Source: a virus
Lineage: Duplodnaviria; Caudoviricetes
Virus record (IMG/VR): IMGVR_UViG_3300030059_002966
Coordinates: 1 to 63,647 of that record
DNA length: 63,647 nt
Reading direction: 5' to 3' (one strand)
Positions 19,530-28,557 of the stretch are shown in pieces (position 1 is the first letter of the stretch; the number at the start of each line of letters is the position of its first letter). Below the pieces are notes generated by a model that worked only from the letters and a program-made list of their open reading frames with translations, had not been told where the DNA came from and made no database searches. The translations under genes and the position numbers were made by a program.

Positions 19530-20531
19530 TTAGTTATCTTTTACAAATGTTCCATTAATCATTTTGCCTTTACGTTTTGAAATTACATCGTAAGCTTCTT
19601 GAATACACTCTTCAATTGAAACTCCGCAAAGTTCAGCTAAGTTAGTTAACACAACGACCATATCACCAATACCATCAACTACTTCGTCAATATCATCTTT
19701 TAACAAAGCTCTACCAACTTCGCCAGCTTCTTCCATAAGCTTTATGTATTGAGTTTTAGGATCGCCTTTATCATATAAGCCTCTTTCATCAGCCCACTCT
19801 CTAATACACTCAAATATATTTTCATTGCATTGGTTGCAATTAGCTGCGGATTGGTTTTTGTATTCTGCAAATAGCTCTGCAAATCTCATTAGTTGATCTT
19901 GATCGTATTCAGGTTTTTCAGCTGGATCAAATATAGTATCCCATTCGCCAAGAGATTCTTGAAACTCTTCAGCAGCAGTCATAGTGTAATAATCTACTAA
20001 AGCTTCTTGATCAGTCTTAGCATCGTATGTTGTACCAACAATAATATTTCTGTGCGGATCTTTATCGTAAAACAAGCTAAAAGCTTTGTTGTATATGTAA
20101 CACCTTTCACTGCTGAACTGAGAAGATCTAACATTAGCCATTATCCAGTTTACTGTTTGGCTTGTGATAGTAAATTCACCGTGCTCAGTTTGCCATTGCA
20201 TACCAATTTCATCCATCAACTGGCCTTTTAACTTGTTGATAGGGCAAGGAAACGTTGTTGTTGCCTCTGTTACGTTTATTTTCATTTTCTTAAATTGTTT
20301 AAAGTTATTACTGTATAGGTCTTTGTAGAGCTGTTCGTCAACCTTGTAACCAAAAGAGTCTTGCATTTCATGCTCTAGCTTTGATATGTAGCCTATGTCG
20401 TCAGACCAAGCTAATATTTCAAACTCACCCTCTTGGTATCCTTGTTGTTTTACAACTCTTTCTTCAATGTTGTTTGTTACACCAACCTTTTTTCCAGGTA
20501 TGTGGTATAACGCATAAGTTTTGTTTATCAT
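19530..20531 (-). CDS. Multidomain protein with C-terminal MazG-like NTP pyrophosphohydrolase
   Basis: KLMEEAGEV..DGIGDMVVVL; the N-terminus (YALYH..KVGVTNN..R) is GIY-YIG-like. Confidence 0.7.
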   Translation of the reverse strand: MINKTYALYHIPGKKVGVTNNIEERVVKQQGYQEGEFEILAWSDDIGYISKLEHEMQDSFGYKVDEQLYKDLYSNNFKQFKKMKINVTEATTTFPCPINKLKGQLMDEIGMQWQTEHGEFTITSQTVNWIMANVRSSQFSSERCYIYNKAFSLFYDKDPHRNIIVGTTYDAKTDQEALVDYYTMTAAEEFQESLGEWDTIFDPAEKPEYDQDQLMRFAELFAEYKNQSAANCNQCNENIFECIREWADERGLYDKGDPKTQYIKLMEEAGEVGRALLKDDIDEVVDGIGDMVVVLTNLAELCGVSIEECIQEAYDVISKRKGKMINGTFVKDN

Positions 20532-21292
20532 AAGTGGTAATTTCTAGTTTTTAAATTAGGTATTTTATCGTTATACAAGTGTAGGTTGTGCGCAAAGTGG
20601 TAATATGTACCAAGCTCATATCCTGTCTCGTAAGCAACTAACATCTGCAAACTTGAAAAACAGTATTGATCATTACAGAAGCCGTACCAGATGTCATTAG
20701 AACGCATTACAACAGACATGTTAAGCTTATTGTCTACAACTGTGAATTGAACAGCGTAAGTACACGGTGTGTCTGTGTCATACATGTGTTGCTCTTTACC
20801 ATCGTATATAGATATTGCCGCTTGCCTAGTGTTTTTGTTTTGCTTTAATTGTTCTATAACTTTATCTAACTGTTTAAATCTATTCCATTGATAACCGTAG
20901 TTAGAATTAACTTGACCGTATTTATCAGCCATTGTTCTCCATATAACTGGAACCTTACCATATATCTCGCCAAGCTTTGATATGTTAGGATCACCAGATA
21001 GATACCATTGCCATTCAGCTTCAGCATACTCTTGTGACCACTTGCGATCTTTGTTAAGTATGTAGTTGTTCTTTGGGTTAGTAATATAAAAGCCTACATT
21101 AAATAAAGCTTTTGTATTTGCAAACTCAACGCCATCACGAAACAATTTCCAGTACCAATAATCATACGCTTCTGATGCAGAGTTGAATGATGTTTTAGTT
21201 GTAGGACTAAGCATAAGCCTGTCCGTTATAAACAAACCACTCTTTGATTTTAGCAGTCTCATACACTTTTTGCAAAACTCTAGTTTTACCAT
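20528..21292 (-). CDS. Thymidylate-synthase-family enzyme, dCMP hydroxymethylase-like
   Basis: VNSNYG, DTPCT, MRSNDIWYGFCND: Asp at the specificity position, as in T4 gp42. The start may be later (MLSPTT). Confidence 0.75.
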   Translation of the reverse strand: MVKLEFCKKCMRLLKSKSGLFITDRLMLSPTTKTSFNSASEAYDYWYWKLFRDGVEFANTKALFNVGFYITNPKNNYILNKDRKWSQEYAEAEWQWYLSGDPNISKLGEIYGKVPVIWRTMADKYGQVNSNYGYQWNRFKQLDKVIEQLKQNKNTRQAAISIYDGKEQHMYDTDTPCTYAVQFTVVDNKLNMSVVMRSNDIWYGFCNDQYCFSSLQMLVAYETGYELGTYYHFAHNLHLYNDKIPNLKTRNYHL

Positions 21293-21327
21293 TCATTGTT
21301 AATGAAATTCTTTTATTTGATAGTACT

Positions 21328-21597
21328 TTAATTATATTTGTCATAATAATATTTATAATATTCTATTTGTTTTTCTAAGACTTCCTGCTTCTCAAAGTTA
21401 GGACTAAAGTTTGACTTGCCTTTAATGATGATCTCAACGCAGAAATTTTTACCAATATCTGCAAAGCCATTAGACTTTACAACACAGCAAGTTATGCCAT
21501 TGTTAATACACCATTGTATCATTTTAGAATCTAATCTTGTAAGAGGCAAAAAGCCTGGTTTAAAAGGCTTAGTTTTTCTAGCCATTAGTTCTCCCAA
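21328..21597 (-). CDS. Hypothetical protein
   Basis: Co-oriented ORF in the operon. Confidence 0.55.
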   Translation of the reverse strand: MGELMARKTKPFKPGFLPLTRLDSKMIQWCINNGITCCVVKSNGFADIGKNFCVEIIIKGKSNFSPNFEKQEVLEKQIEYYKYYYDKYN

Positions 21598-23303
21598 GGC
21601 ATTGGTTCATCCTCAGCAACATCAGAAGCTATTGGTAAAAAGCTACCAGATCTATATTCCCACTTGAAGTGAGCTTCAGCACCATTTTCGCCAAGGTTTT
21701 GAAACTTAACTTTTAAGACTTTAGCCTTAACGGTTTTAGCTTCATAATCTCTGTGAACCAACAAGCCGTGATAACTAGCATCGTACCATTCACCACCACC
21801 TTTAATATTGTACATGGTTGGCTCTTCAATTTTACCATCTGAGCCTTTGTACATTTTAGTAGGATGAGCAACAACAATAACTAATACATCAAACTTCTTA
21901 GCAAACACTTCGATCTTTTGTAGATACTCAAGCGTGTAACGGTTAACATCATCAGAGCTAGCATTTACATCTCTAACCTTATTGAATGGATCAATAACTA
22001 AACATTTAATACCTTTACGCTTCACAAGCTCAGCACCTTTTCTTAACACAGCCTCAAGACTGTATTTATCCATATCAATAAAATAGAAGTTGTCGTTTAC
22101 ATGCTCAGTTACCGTATTCCATTTATCATTACCAATATCACTAGCGTCTGGCATATCCATCCAGACCTTACGCATTAGCTTATGAGCGTGGAGATACGTT
22201 GGCTGATTCTCAGGGCTTGCAAACGCAGTTTTCCAACTGTATTTTTGATTGTATCCAACACACATTTGATCGACAAAGTCAGACTTACCACTACTAGGGA
22301 TACCAGTAACAGTAATAAACTGACCAGTATATGTAGAAAATATCTTATCAAAGTTTTCAATCCCAATTTGAAAGCCAGGTTTAAAACCATTTTTAACAAA
22401 GTCCACAAGTTCATCCTCTACGTCTTTTAATGTTGATACACCTTCTAAAGGTACTTGATTAGCTCTATCTATAACAATCTTAAGATTGTCAGCGCCGTGT
22501 TTAACTAAATAATCGTTTGCGTCTTTACAATCCTCAAAATCAACTAAATGGCAGACTTCAGCGCCAAGACGTCTGATAAACTCTTGCTTAAGAGCTTGAC
22601 CAGGTTCATCGGCATCAACGGCTAAGATAATCTTAGTCTTGTCTTCTAAATAATCGATGCAATTATCTAAGTAATCGAGGTTGTTTGAATTCAACGTAGC
22701 ACCATTAGGCACTGATATTACGTTTTTAATTCCCGCTTCGTGCATTGCTAGCACATCCATTTCACCTTCAACTATTACAGCAGAATCATAACCTACAATA
22801 CTGTTGATATTATAAAATATCTTTTCAGCGCCTTTGTAGAGCTTAAAATTCTTACGTCCATCGCGATACTTAACATTGATAAGTTGATCGCCCATGTAGT
22901 AGTTGAACTGAATTGTATTCTCTGACTTACCTGTCTGAGGCATAAACTCAGGACCTTCAATAACCCGAAGATCCTGTAGAGTTTTATTGCTAATACCTCT
23001 TGTTGCAAACCACTCTTGAACTTTAGTTTGTACCGGTGTATATAATGTTTCTGGTTGCGAAGGTCTAACATAGATCTTCTCAGAAGCACCTTTACGCTGG
23101 TACGTATGAAGTTGAAAACTAGTATTACAATTATGACAGGTGCCGAGACCACGTTCCCAATCATAAGAAGCACATTTAGCTTTCTTATTTTTAGGTTGTC
23201 TATCAACTGAGCACAAAGGGCAAACCCCTTGCGACTTACCAGCTTCTAAACCGTATTGATTGAAACTATCAATCAAGAATCCATTGATCTCTCTGTTCTC
23301 CAT
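21585..23303 (-). CDS. T7 gp4/Twinkle-like primase-helicase
   Basis: Zn finger CPLC..CHNC; TOPRIM VEGEMD..DAD; Walker A GIPSSGKS; LVIDP. Confidence 0.92.
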   Translation of the reverse strand: MENREINGFLIDSFNQYGLEAGKSQGVCPLCSVDRQPKNKKAKCASYDWERGLGTCHNCNTSFQLHTYQRKGASEKIYVRPSQPETLYTPVQTKVQEWFATRGISNKTLQDLRVIEGPEFMPQTGKSENTIQFNYYMGDQLINVKYRDGRKNFKLYKGAEKIFYNINSIVGYDSAVIVEGEMDVLAMHEAGIKNVISVPNGATLNSNNLDYLDNCIDYLEDKTKIILAVDADEPGQALKQEFIRRLGAEVCHLVDFEDCKDANDYLVKHGADNLKIVIDRANQVPLEGVSTLKDVEDELVDFVKNGFKPGFQIGIENFDKIFSTYTGQFITVTGIPSSGKSDFVDQMCVGYNQKYSWKTAFASPENQPTYLHAHKLMRKVWMDMPDASDIGNDKWNTVTEHVNDNFYFIDMDKYSLEAVLRKGAELVKRKGIKCLVIDPFNKVRDVNASSDDVNRYTLEYLQKIEVFAKKFDVLVIVVAHPTKMYKGSDGKIEEPTMYNIKGGGEWYDASYHGLLVHRDYEAKTVKAKVLKVKFQNLGENGAEAHFKWEYRSGSFLPIASDVAEDEPMPWEN

Positions 23304-23305
23304 AA

Positions 23306-23614
23306 TTAGAACGGCAGGTCATTGTCAGCAACCTCTGCTTTAGCAGGAGCTGGTGGCATGTTATCTCTTGGCGCAGCATCAACGTTTGTTCCGTTTGTCC
23401 AAACAACTTTAACATTACCTAAGTAAGTCTTAGCAGCTTTAGCATCACGCTCATCTTTTGATTGCTCAACGATAACTGGTCCTTGGTTTCCGAACTGATC
23501 AGGTTCGTCGTTTATTGTGATAGCAATTGGTAAATACTTACCTTTCTTACCTACAATGATCTTGTCTTTAGGAATCTCATTAAGATTAATAGACGCTTTA
23601 ATAATACTTGCCAT
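23306..23614 (-). CDS. Putative ssDNA-binding protein
   Basis: OB-like size, acidic C-terminal tail DNDLPF, adjacent to the primase-helicase. Confidence 0.7.
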   Translation of the reverse strand: MASIIKASINLNEIPKDKIIVGKKGKYLPIAITINDEPDQFGNQGPVIVEQSKDERDAKAAKTYLGNVKVVWTNGTNVDAAPRDNMPPAPAKAEVADNDLPF

Positions 23615-23684
23615 ATTTTAATGGTTTATTGGTTAATAATTAATTACATTTATATTATCTGACAGTGGTCGTAATCAATTTGTG

Positions 23685-24416
23685 TTACAACGTTTCTGTC
23701 TTCAAATATTGCTTAGGGTCAAAAGTTTCGTTGTTAAAGAACAAGTCGTATTGTTCACTAGCAGCTTCAACTTTCTTTGCACCTCTTTCATAAAACTGTG
23801 GTGAACAGTCGAACAAACCAATTTGCTTGGTTGTTTTATCTATAACCATGAATAACATTTCATATCCAAAAAACAACTTACTATATATGTAAGCTTGGCT
23901 ATCATAGTTATACTTAGATGCTGACCATCTAAATTTTTCTATATCAGCCGTAGTTTTAAGATCTATAATCAACTTTTCATCATGGTTAATAATATCAGCT
24001 TTACCTTTCCATTTGTTGCCAAACAACTCAGTAACACTTGGCTCTTCAAATACACAATCTCTGCCGTGTATTAAACCTCTACAGACATCGTTTTCAAGAA
24101 CCGTGTCTATAAGTAACCTAGCGTTGTCAGCTTCAGACTGCAGCAAGCACATCTCTCCACCTGAAAGCTCTTTGTATACTTTAGTGTTTCTGTTTGTTGC
24201 CTCTACAATTTTAAAGCTCTTAAGCTTTTCTGGTTCTAGTATTGCCGTGTGAAAATAACCACCAACCAAAAACGCAGGTATAGGTTTTTGTGGCTCGCGT
24301 AAAGCCAGTGGATTTGAAAGCAACGTAGATATATTAGAGTTACTTAAAAACTGTTGGCCGTACTCACCATAATAATCTTTATCATTTTTGAGTCTGTGGT
24401 AATTTTCTTTAGTCAT
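23685..24416 (-). CDS. RecE/ExoVIII-like PD-(D/E)xK exonuclease (DUF3799-like)
   Basis: LSNS, GGYFH, KGKADI..IIDLKTT, YDSQAYIY. Confidence 0.8.
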   Translation of the reverse strand: MTKENYHRLKNDKDYYGEYGQQFLSNSNISTLLSNPLALREPQKPIPAFLVGGYFHTAILEPEKLKSFKIVEATNRNTKVYKELSGGEMCLLQSEADNARLLIDTVLENDVCRGLIHGRDCVFEEPSVTELFGNKWKGKADIINHDEKLIIDLKTTADIEKFRWSASKYNYDSQAYIYSKLFFGYEMLFMVIDKTTKQIGLFDCSPQFYERGAKKVEAASEQYDLFFNNETFDPKQYLKTETL

Positions 24417-24964
24417 TATTTAGTTAATTGTTTTTCCTGTGCAGGAGTTAAAGTATATTTACTTTTGATAGCACTTATATCGCCGCCGCCAGCTATAAAC
24501 TCCATAGCTTTAACTATTTGAGCGCTTGTGATTGCAGTTTTAGCAGATGCTACTTTAGCAGCAACGCCTTTGCCGTGTTGATTAGTAGCATCGGCATCTT
24601 CAGTATCATCAATTAAGAATAAATTACCAAGAGCATACTTTTTACCATAGGTAGACGCAGCGCCAAACTGCTGAGAAGTTTGCATACCTTTTTGGTTAAG
24701 GTCAACGCCAACTATAGCAGTTGCGTGTATAGCACTTGTGCCGTCACTAAACGTAGCGGTAGTTTTCATTACCGGTACAGGATCAAAAGAGATCATCTCT
24801 TCGTTCATTGTAACATATACTTCGTGTTGTAATAAAAATGGCTTAATAGCCTCTAGGATGTCTTCAGCTTTACGGAAGTAATACTTGCCGAAGCTATTGT
24901 ATGAAGACTTTTTAGCTTTCATCTTTGTTTGAACGTCAGCTAATTTTAAAGTTAAATCTTTCAT
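24416..24964 (-). CDS. ERF-family single-strand annealing protein
   Basis: YNSFGKYYFRKAEDI..GAASTYGKKYALGNLFLIDD..DAD. Confidence 0.85.
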   Translation of the reverse strand: MKDLTLKLADVQTKMKAKKSSYNSFGKYYFRKAEDILEAIKPFLLQHEVYVTMNEEMISFDPVPVMKTTATFSDGTSAIHATAIVGVDLNQKGMQTSQQFGAASTYGKKYALGNLFLIDDTEDADATNQHGKGVAAKVASAKTAITSAQIVKAMEFIAGGGDISAIKSKYTLTPAQEKQLTK

Positions 24965-24992
24965 TTTGGTATTTGGTTTAGTTAATAATATA

Positions 24993-25017
24993 GTTACACG
25001 TTTTTTAAACGTTTTAC
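24993..25017 (-). promoter_or_regulatory. Putative class II promoter GTAAA-N13-GTGTAAC
   Basis: Same architecture as 62249-62273 and 35906-35930. Confidence 0.55.
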
Positions 25018-25026
25018 GTAGGCAAC

Positions 25027-25776
25027 CTACAGGTAGTCAGCTAGTTGCGAGTAATCTACGTATTCTTTAAGCTTGTCTATTGCTTGCTTTTTTAACTGAG
25101 AAACTCGAACGTAAGAGCTGCTTCCTTTTATGTCTAGCTTTTCTGCTATTTGTTTTGCGGAAAGCTTTTCACAGCCTAGTCCAAAGCTTAGTCTTAGTAC
25201 GCTAAACTCTTTTTCAGTTAAATGCAGTAGCATTAAGTCTATTATTTTTTGGTGTAGTATTTCTTTTTTAAAAGGATTTTCACTCTCATCTTCGTATTGA
25301 GGTAGCATATTTTCTTCTACTTCTTTGTCTATACTAGAAAACATAGAATTATAGAACATAGCTTGTTTTTCGCTGTCTTCTTCGAAACCTTTTCTTATAT
25401 CATTCAACTTGTGTTCTGGTATACGCATTGGAGATCTATTTGCATCAGACCCTCTTCTTATTGCTCCTCTTATTCTTTTTGATAAAAAAGATTTAATACT
25501 TTTTTCAGGGTTATCAGATTCAATTATCCTGCTCCAAGTTATCTTGTCAACAGCTTGCGTTAAGCCTATTTGACCCATAGACATTAAGTCAGTAACATTC
25601 ATTATTCCACATGCTGAATCAGATGTTGAGAACTTCCGAGCTAAGTTTTCTACTAAAGGCATAAACTTAATTATAAGTTCGTCTCTAGTGTAGTCTTGCC
25701 ACTCTTTATTTTTTGGCATAGAAGACTTTAAGTCCTTCTTGTACCTAGAATAATTGTTGCTGTTGTAATTTTTCAT
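25027..25776 (-). CDS. Phage sigma-70-family sigma factor
   Basis: Region 2 (LVENLARKF..DLMSMGQIGL..RIRGAI) and region 4 HTH (LTEKE..KQIAEKL..RVSQLKKQAIDKL). Start moved to MKNY at 25776. Confidence 0.88.
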   Translation of the reverse strand: MKNYNSNNYSRYKKDLKSSMPKNKEWQDYTRDELIIKFMPLVENLARKFSTSDSACGIMNVTDLMSMGQIGLTQAVDKITWSRIIESDNPEKSIKSFLSKRIRGAIRRGSDANRSPMRIPEHKLNDIRKGFEEDSEKQAMFYNSMFSSIDKEVEENMLPQYEDESENPFKKEILHQKIIDLMLLHLTEKEFSVLRLSFGLGCEKLSAKQIAEKLDIKGSSSYVRVSQLKKQAIDKLKEYVDYSQLADYL

Positions 25777-25780
25777 ACTA

Positions 25781-25814
25781 CAAATATACATTTTTTTATA
25801 TTAAGACGGCCAAA
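25781..25814 (-). promoter_or_regulatory. Bacteroidota housekeeping-type promoter TTTG-N22-TATATTTG
   Basis: Matches the -33/-7 consensus TTTG/TAnnTTTG; ends 4 nt before ATG 25776. Confidence 0.6.
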
Positions 25815-25891
25815 AAGTTATCAACGGAAAATTGTTAATATATTTCTTTACTTGCTTGGCCATACTACTATAATATTTGAATCTTCTTCGT

Positions 25892-26515
25892 TCATAACTG
25901 TTGGTTTAATAATTCTTTTTCTTTTTTTAATTCATTTGGCATATTGCGATGTACAGTGCGTGTTGACACGTTTAATGCCGCAGAGATCGATCCTATTGTA
26001 ATCTTTTTATTGTCATCATGTAACTGTAGCATAACGCCATAAACGTCGTCAGAACTAATCTTTTTAGATCGACCAACCATTTGGCCTACAATCTTAAGCT
26101 TTTGCTCTTGAGTTAATCCGCAATGCCAGTTAAATATTATTTTTCTAGCCTTGTTTACTGGTGGCTGTTCTAAGTCACACATGCTAACATCATATATTAT
26201 AGACTTTAATAATTGCTCTGATACTTTAAATGTTACGAAGCCATTTTCTTTAGTACATATTGATTGTGCTAATGATTCAAGATCGTCTTGATCTAGCTTA
26301 GGGTTTAAGTACCATAAAACTAATAGATGCCACTTTAAAGATCTGTATGTATTTATCTTAGCCTTACTTCTAAACAACGCATAGTGCTGGTGTGTGCCAT
26401 ACTCATAATAACTACCCCAATCAAAAACCTCAGTAGGCTTATCTGTAACCGGTGGTCTTATATATATAAGTCGATGTCTGTTAAGTATATCCATTTTTCT
26501 ATCAAACTGTGACAT
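25892..26515 (-). CDS. C-terminal HTH DNA-binding protein, possible replication initiator or regulator
   Basis: ITIGSISAALNVSTRTVHRN HTH; its start codon lies inside palindromic site A. Confidence 0.6.
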   Translation of the reverse strand: MSQFDRKMDILNRHRLIYIRPPVTDKPTEVFDWGSYYEYGTHQHYALFRSKAKINTYRSLKWHLLVLWYLNPKLDQDDLESLAQSICTKENGFVTFKVSEQLLKSIIYDVSMCDLEQPPVNKARKIIFNWHCGLTQEQKLKIVGQMVGRSKKISSDDVYGVMLQLHDDNKKITIGSISAALNVSTRTVHRNMPNELKKEKELLNQQL

Positions 26516-26554
26516 TAGCCCTTTACTCTTCCTAGTCTACAGCCTATTGTCACA
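26508..26554. promoter_or_regulatory. Palindromic site A (47 bp)
   Basis: TGTGACATTAGCCC-N19-AGCCTATTGTCACA; homologous to the reverse complement of 33792-33839. Confidence 0.75.
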
Positions 26555-26655
26555 TCGCTAGGCTTTAAAGTTGCAATAATAACTCTTTTTGACTTATCTT
26601 TTGCAAATTTAATTTCATTAAATTGCTTTATACGTTTTTTTAGGTCTGGTTTCAT
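26515..26655 (-). CDS. Small basic protein (46 aa), not in the ORF track
   Basis: MKPDLKKRIK..GRVKG*; its stop overlaps the next ATG (TAATG). Confidence 0.4.
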   Translation of the reverse strand: MKPDLKKRIKQFNEIKFAKDKSKRVIIATLKPSDVTIGCRLGRVKG

Positions 26656-27112
26656 ATAATGATTCGGTTTTGAGGTTTGCAATATCGCTTTTTGCGCCTA
26701 TGTAATAATTCCAATATGCTTGGATACTACAGTCGTCTTTGTATTCATCAGGCATACACTGTGGCATATCTGTTATACCAGTGTAAGATAATCCGCCTGG
26801 CAATATGTTAAGCTTATCTTTACATTTAGTATAAGATAGATGCTCTTTGCCATAGCGCTTAGTATATTCTTTAGACAACGCTACAAAATGATGGTATAAC
26901 CATTCATAGTTATTAGCTGATCGCCTAGCCCATATAGTTGATGGATGATTTCTGTGTGCAGCCTTGTAAGGTACGTCAGCATCTTCACCCATAACAGCGT
27001 GATGTGCGGTACATAGCATTTGAGCTGATTCTAAGATCATCTTGACTACGTGCTTGTTGTACTGAAGCTTAGCAGCTTCGTGTGGGTTTTCGTGTAAATA
27101 AAATATATTCAT
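26618..27112 (-). CDS. Pyrimidine-dimer DNA glycosylase (DenV-like) family protein
   Basis: MNIFYL..KHVVKMILESAQML..HRNHPSTIW..YTKRYGKEH..PQCMPDEYK. Confidence 0.8.
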   Translation of the reverse strand: MNIFYLHENPHEAAKLQYNKHVVKMILESAQMLCTAHHAVMGEDADVPYKAAHRNHPSTIWARRSANNYEWLYHHFVALSKEYTKRYGKEHLSYTKCKDKLNILPGGLSYTGITDMPQCMPDEYKDDCSIQAYWNYYIGAKSDIANLKTESLYETRPKKTYKAI

Positions 27113-27161
27113 TGTTTTGGTTTATTATATTATCTGGTCTTGATCGTTTTTGGTTTGTGTA

Positions 27162-27431
27162 TCACAAATTTTCTACAATTTTTTCTAGTTTTACAATGTG
27201 CTTGTTGATTAAGTGGCATTTTTCATACTCTTCACGCTCTTCGTATATATTCATAAGCGTCATTAGTCTAGCAAGCTCTCCAACACAATGGTCATCGTCT
27301 CTGTCCGCATACCACATCATGTCTGCAGGCTGATCTTGTTCTTCTTTAGACAAGCCATATATTCTTTTTGTAAGATCGCAAGCAATCATATCTGCTAGTT
27401 TTTTCATCTGTTCTTCGCTAAAATTTTCCAT
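27162..27431 (-). CDS. Hypothetical protein with UVR-like C-terminal motif
   Basis: EEREEYEKCHLI. Confidence 0.55.
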   Translation of the reverse strand: MENFSEEQMKKLADMIACDLTKRIYGLSKEEQDQPADMMWYADRDDDHCVGELARLMTLMNIYEEREEYEKCHLINKHIVKLEKIVENL

Positions 27432-27433
27432 AA

Positions 27434-27814
27434 TTATAATTGGTTATACTTATCTATAAGATCACGTGGAGAGCCTACAAATATACATTTATCTTCTTTT
27501 TCTAAAGGTCTATTACAACTGTCACACCAGCCAAAGCCTACTTCAAATATACTTATAAACGTTTCTTTACCATAAGCTTGCCATATATAGTATATATATT
27601 CAAGATCGCCGTGCTCTGTGTCAAGATCTTCTATTTCCCAAGATCTACCGTTTACATTACATTTATTAATGAAAGAATTAGCAATGTCAACGCCTAAGCC
27701 TTCAGGGTAACCGTCGTGGTGTCTGTAAAATTGTGCGTGTATAGCATTTGGCATTTCACTAAATGATTGTCCTGATTCGCGTGTTGCAAATCTAATTTGT
27801 GCTCTTGTACTCAT
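27434..27814 (-). CDS. Conserved phage early protein (HxDGYP type)
   Basis: MSTRAQI..YRHHDGYPEGLG..EYIY. Confidence 0.6.
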   Translation of the reverse strand: MSTRAQIRFATRESGQSFSEMPNAIHAQFYRHHDGYPEGLGVDIANSFINKCNVNGRSWEIEDLDTEHGDLEYIYYIWQAYGKETFISIFEVGFGWCDSCNRPLEKEDKCIFVGSPRDLIDKYNQL

Positions 27815-27829
27815 AGTCTTATAGTTTTG

Positions 27830-27985
27830 TCATAATAATAAATCGTTTTCTTCTCTACATTCATCACATATATCACAGAAGTCATGTTCTTCTTCTGTCA
27901 TTGGTCTCTCACAGAACTGGCAGTGTGGAGTTTCTGCATCGCATGGAGTTATTTCATCCATCCATATCCATTCTTGTTTAGTCAT
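27830..27985 (-). CDS. Small Zn-finger protein (51 aa), not in the ORF track
   Basis: CQFC..CDICDEC; AACTATG start context. Confidence 0.6.
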   Translation of the reverse strand: MTKQEWIWMDEITPCDAETPHCQFCERPMTEEEHDFCDICDECREENDLLL

Positions 27986-27994
27986 AGTTTTGTA

Positions 27995-28252
27995 TTAATC
28001 TAGTAGTACCATGTAAGCCTCGACATTGTTCTTGGTAAACCATCTAAGACCTTTTTGCATGTCATCCGTAAGTGACTTATTGTATATGCCAGCTTCAAAA
28101 AGTGCATTAGCACCCATAATAAAGTCATACATGCTTAGTTCTTCAGCTGTAAGCTCGTAGCTTTGTCCACTAAATGAATTTGTGACTGTATCGCCTTTGT
28201 CGTATATTTCTCCGTTGAACCATTTTGGTAATTTTGTTTTTGTCTTATCCAT
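27995..28252 (-). CDS. Hypothetical early protein
   Basis: Tightly packed co-oriented ORF. Confidence 0.6.
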   Translation of the reverse strand: MDKTKTKLPKWFNGEIYDKGDTVTNSFSGQSYELTAEELSMYDFIMGANALFEAGIYNKSLTDDMQKGLRWFTKNNVEAYMVLLD

Positions 28253-28254
28253 AA

Positions 28255-28497
28255 TTAATCTTCTTGTTCGTTGAAAAATATTGTACCTGTAATCCAGTCT
28301 GTAGATGTCATCTCTTCAAACGTGTGGTGTGTAAAAGTTATTAAGCTAGATACGTCACCCATTGACATAGTACTCCAATGAGTATTACTGCTTAAGGCTT
28401 TTATAACGTCTGTTGTAATGCTTGGGTATTCTTCAATGTTTTTTAGTAATGATTCTTTGAACTCAGGTTTGAGTTTTTTGTAAAGTGAAAGTTGCAT
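28255..28497 (-). CDS. Hypothetical early protein
   Basis: Directly downstream of the class I promoter at 28526-28557. Confidence 0.6.
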   Translation of the reverse strand: MQLSLYKKLKPEFKESLLKNIEEYPSITTDVIKALSSNTHWSTMSMGDVSSLITFTHHTFEEMTSTDWITGTIFFNEQED

Positions 28498-28557
28498 AGT
28501 TATATAATTTAATTGGTTACGTATATATTATCTGTTGGTAATCGTTTTGTGTTTGTG

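Noticed and set aside
20528-21292. Annotation as ordinary thyA
   Set aside because: The specificity residue is Asp and the surrounding motifs match dCMP hydroxymethylases.
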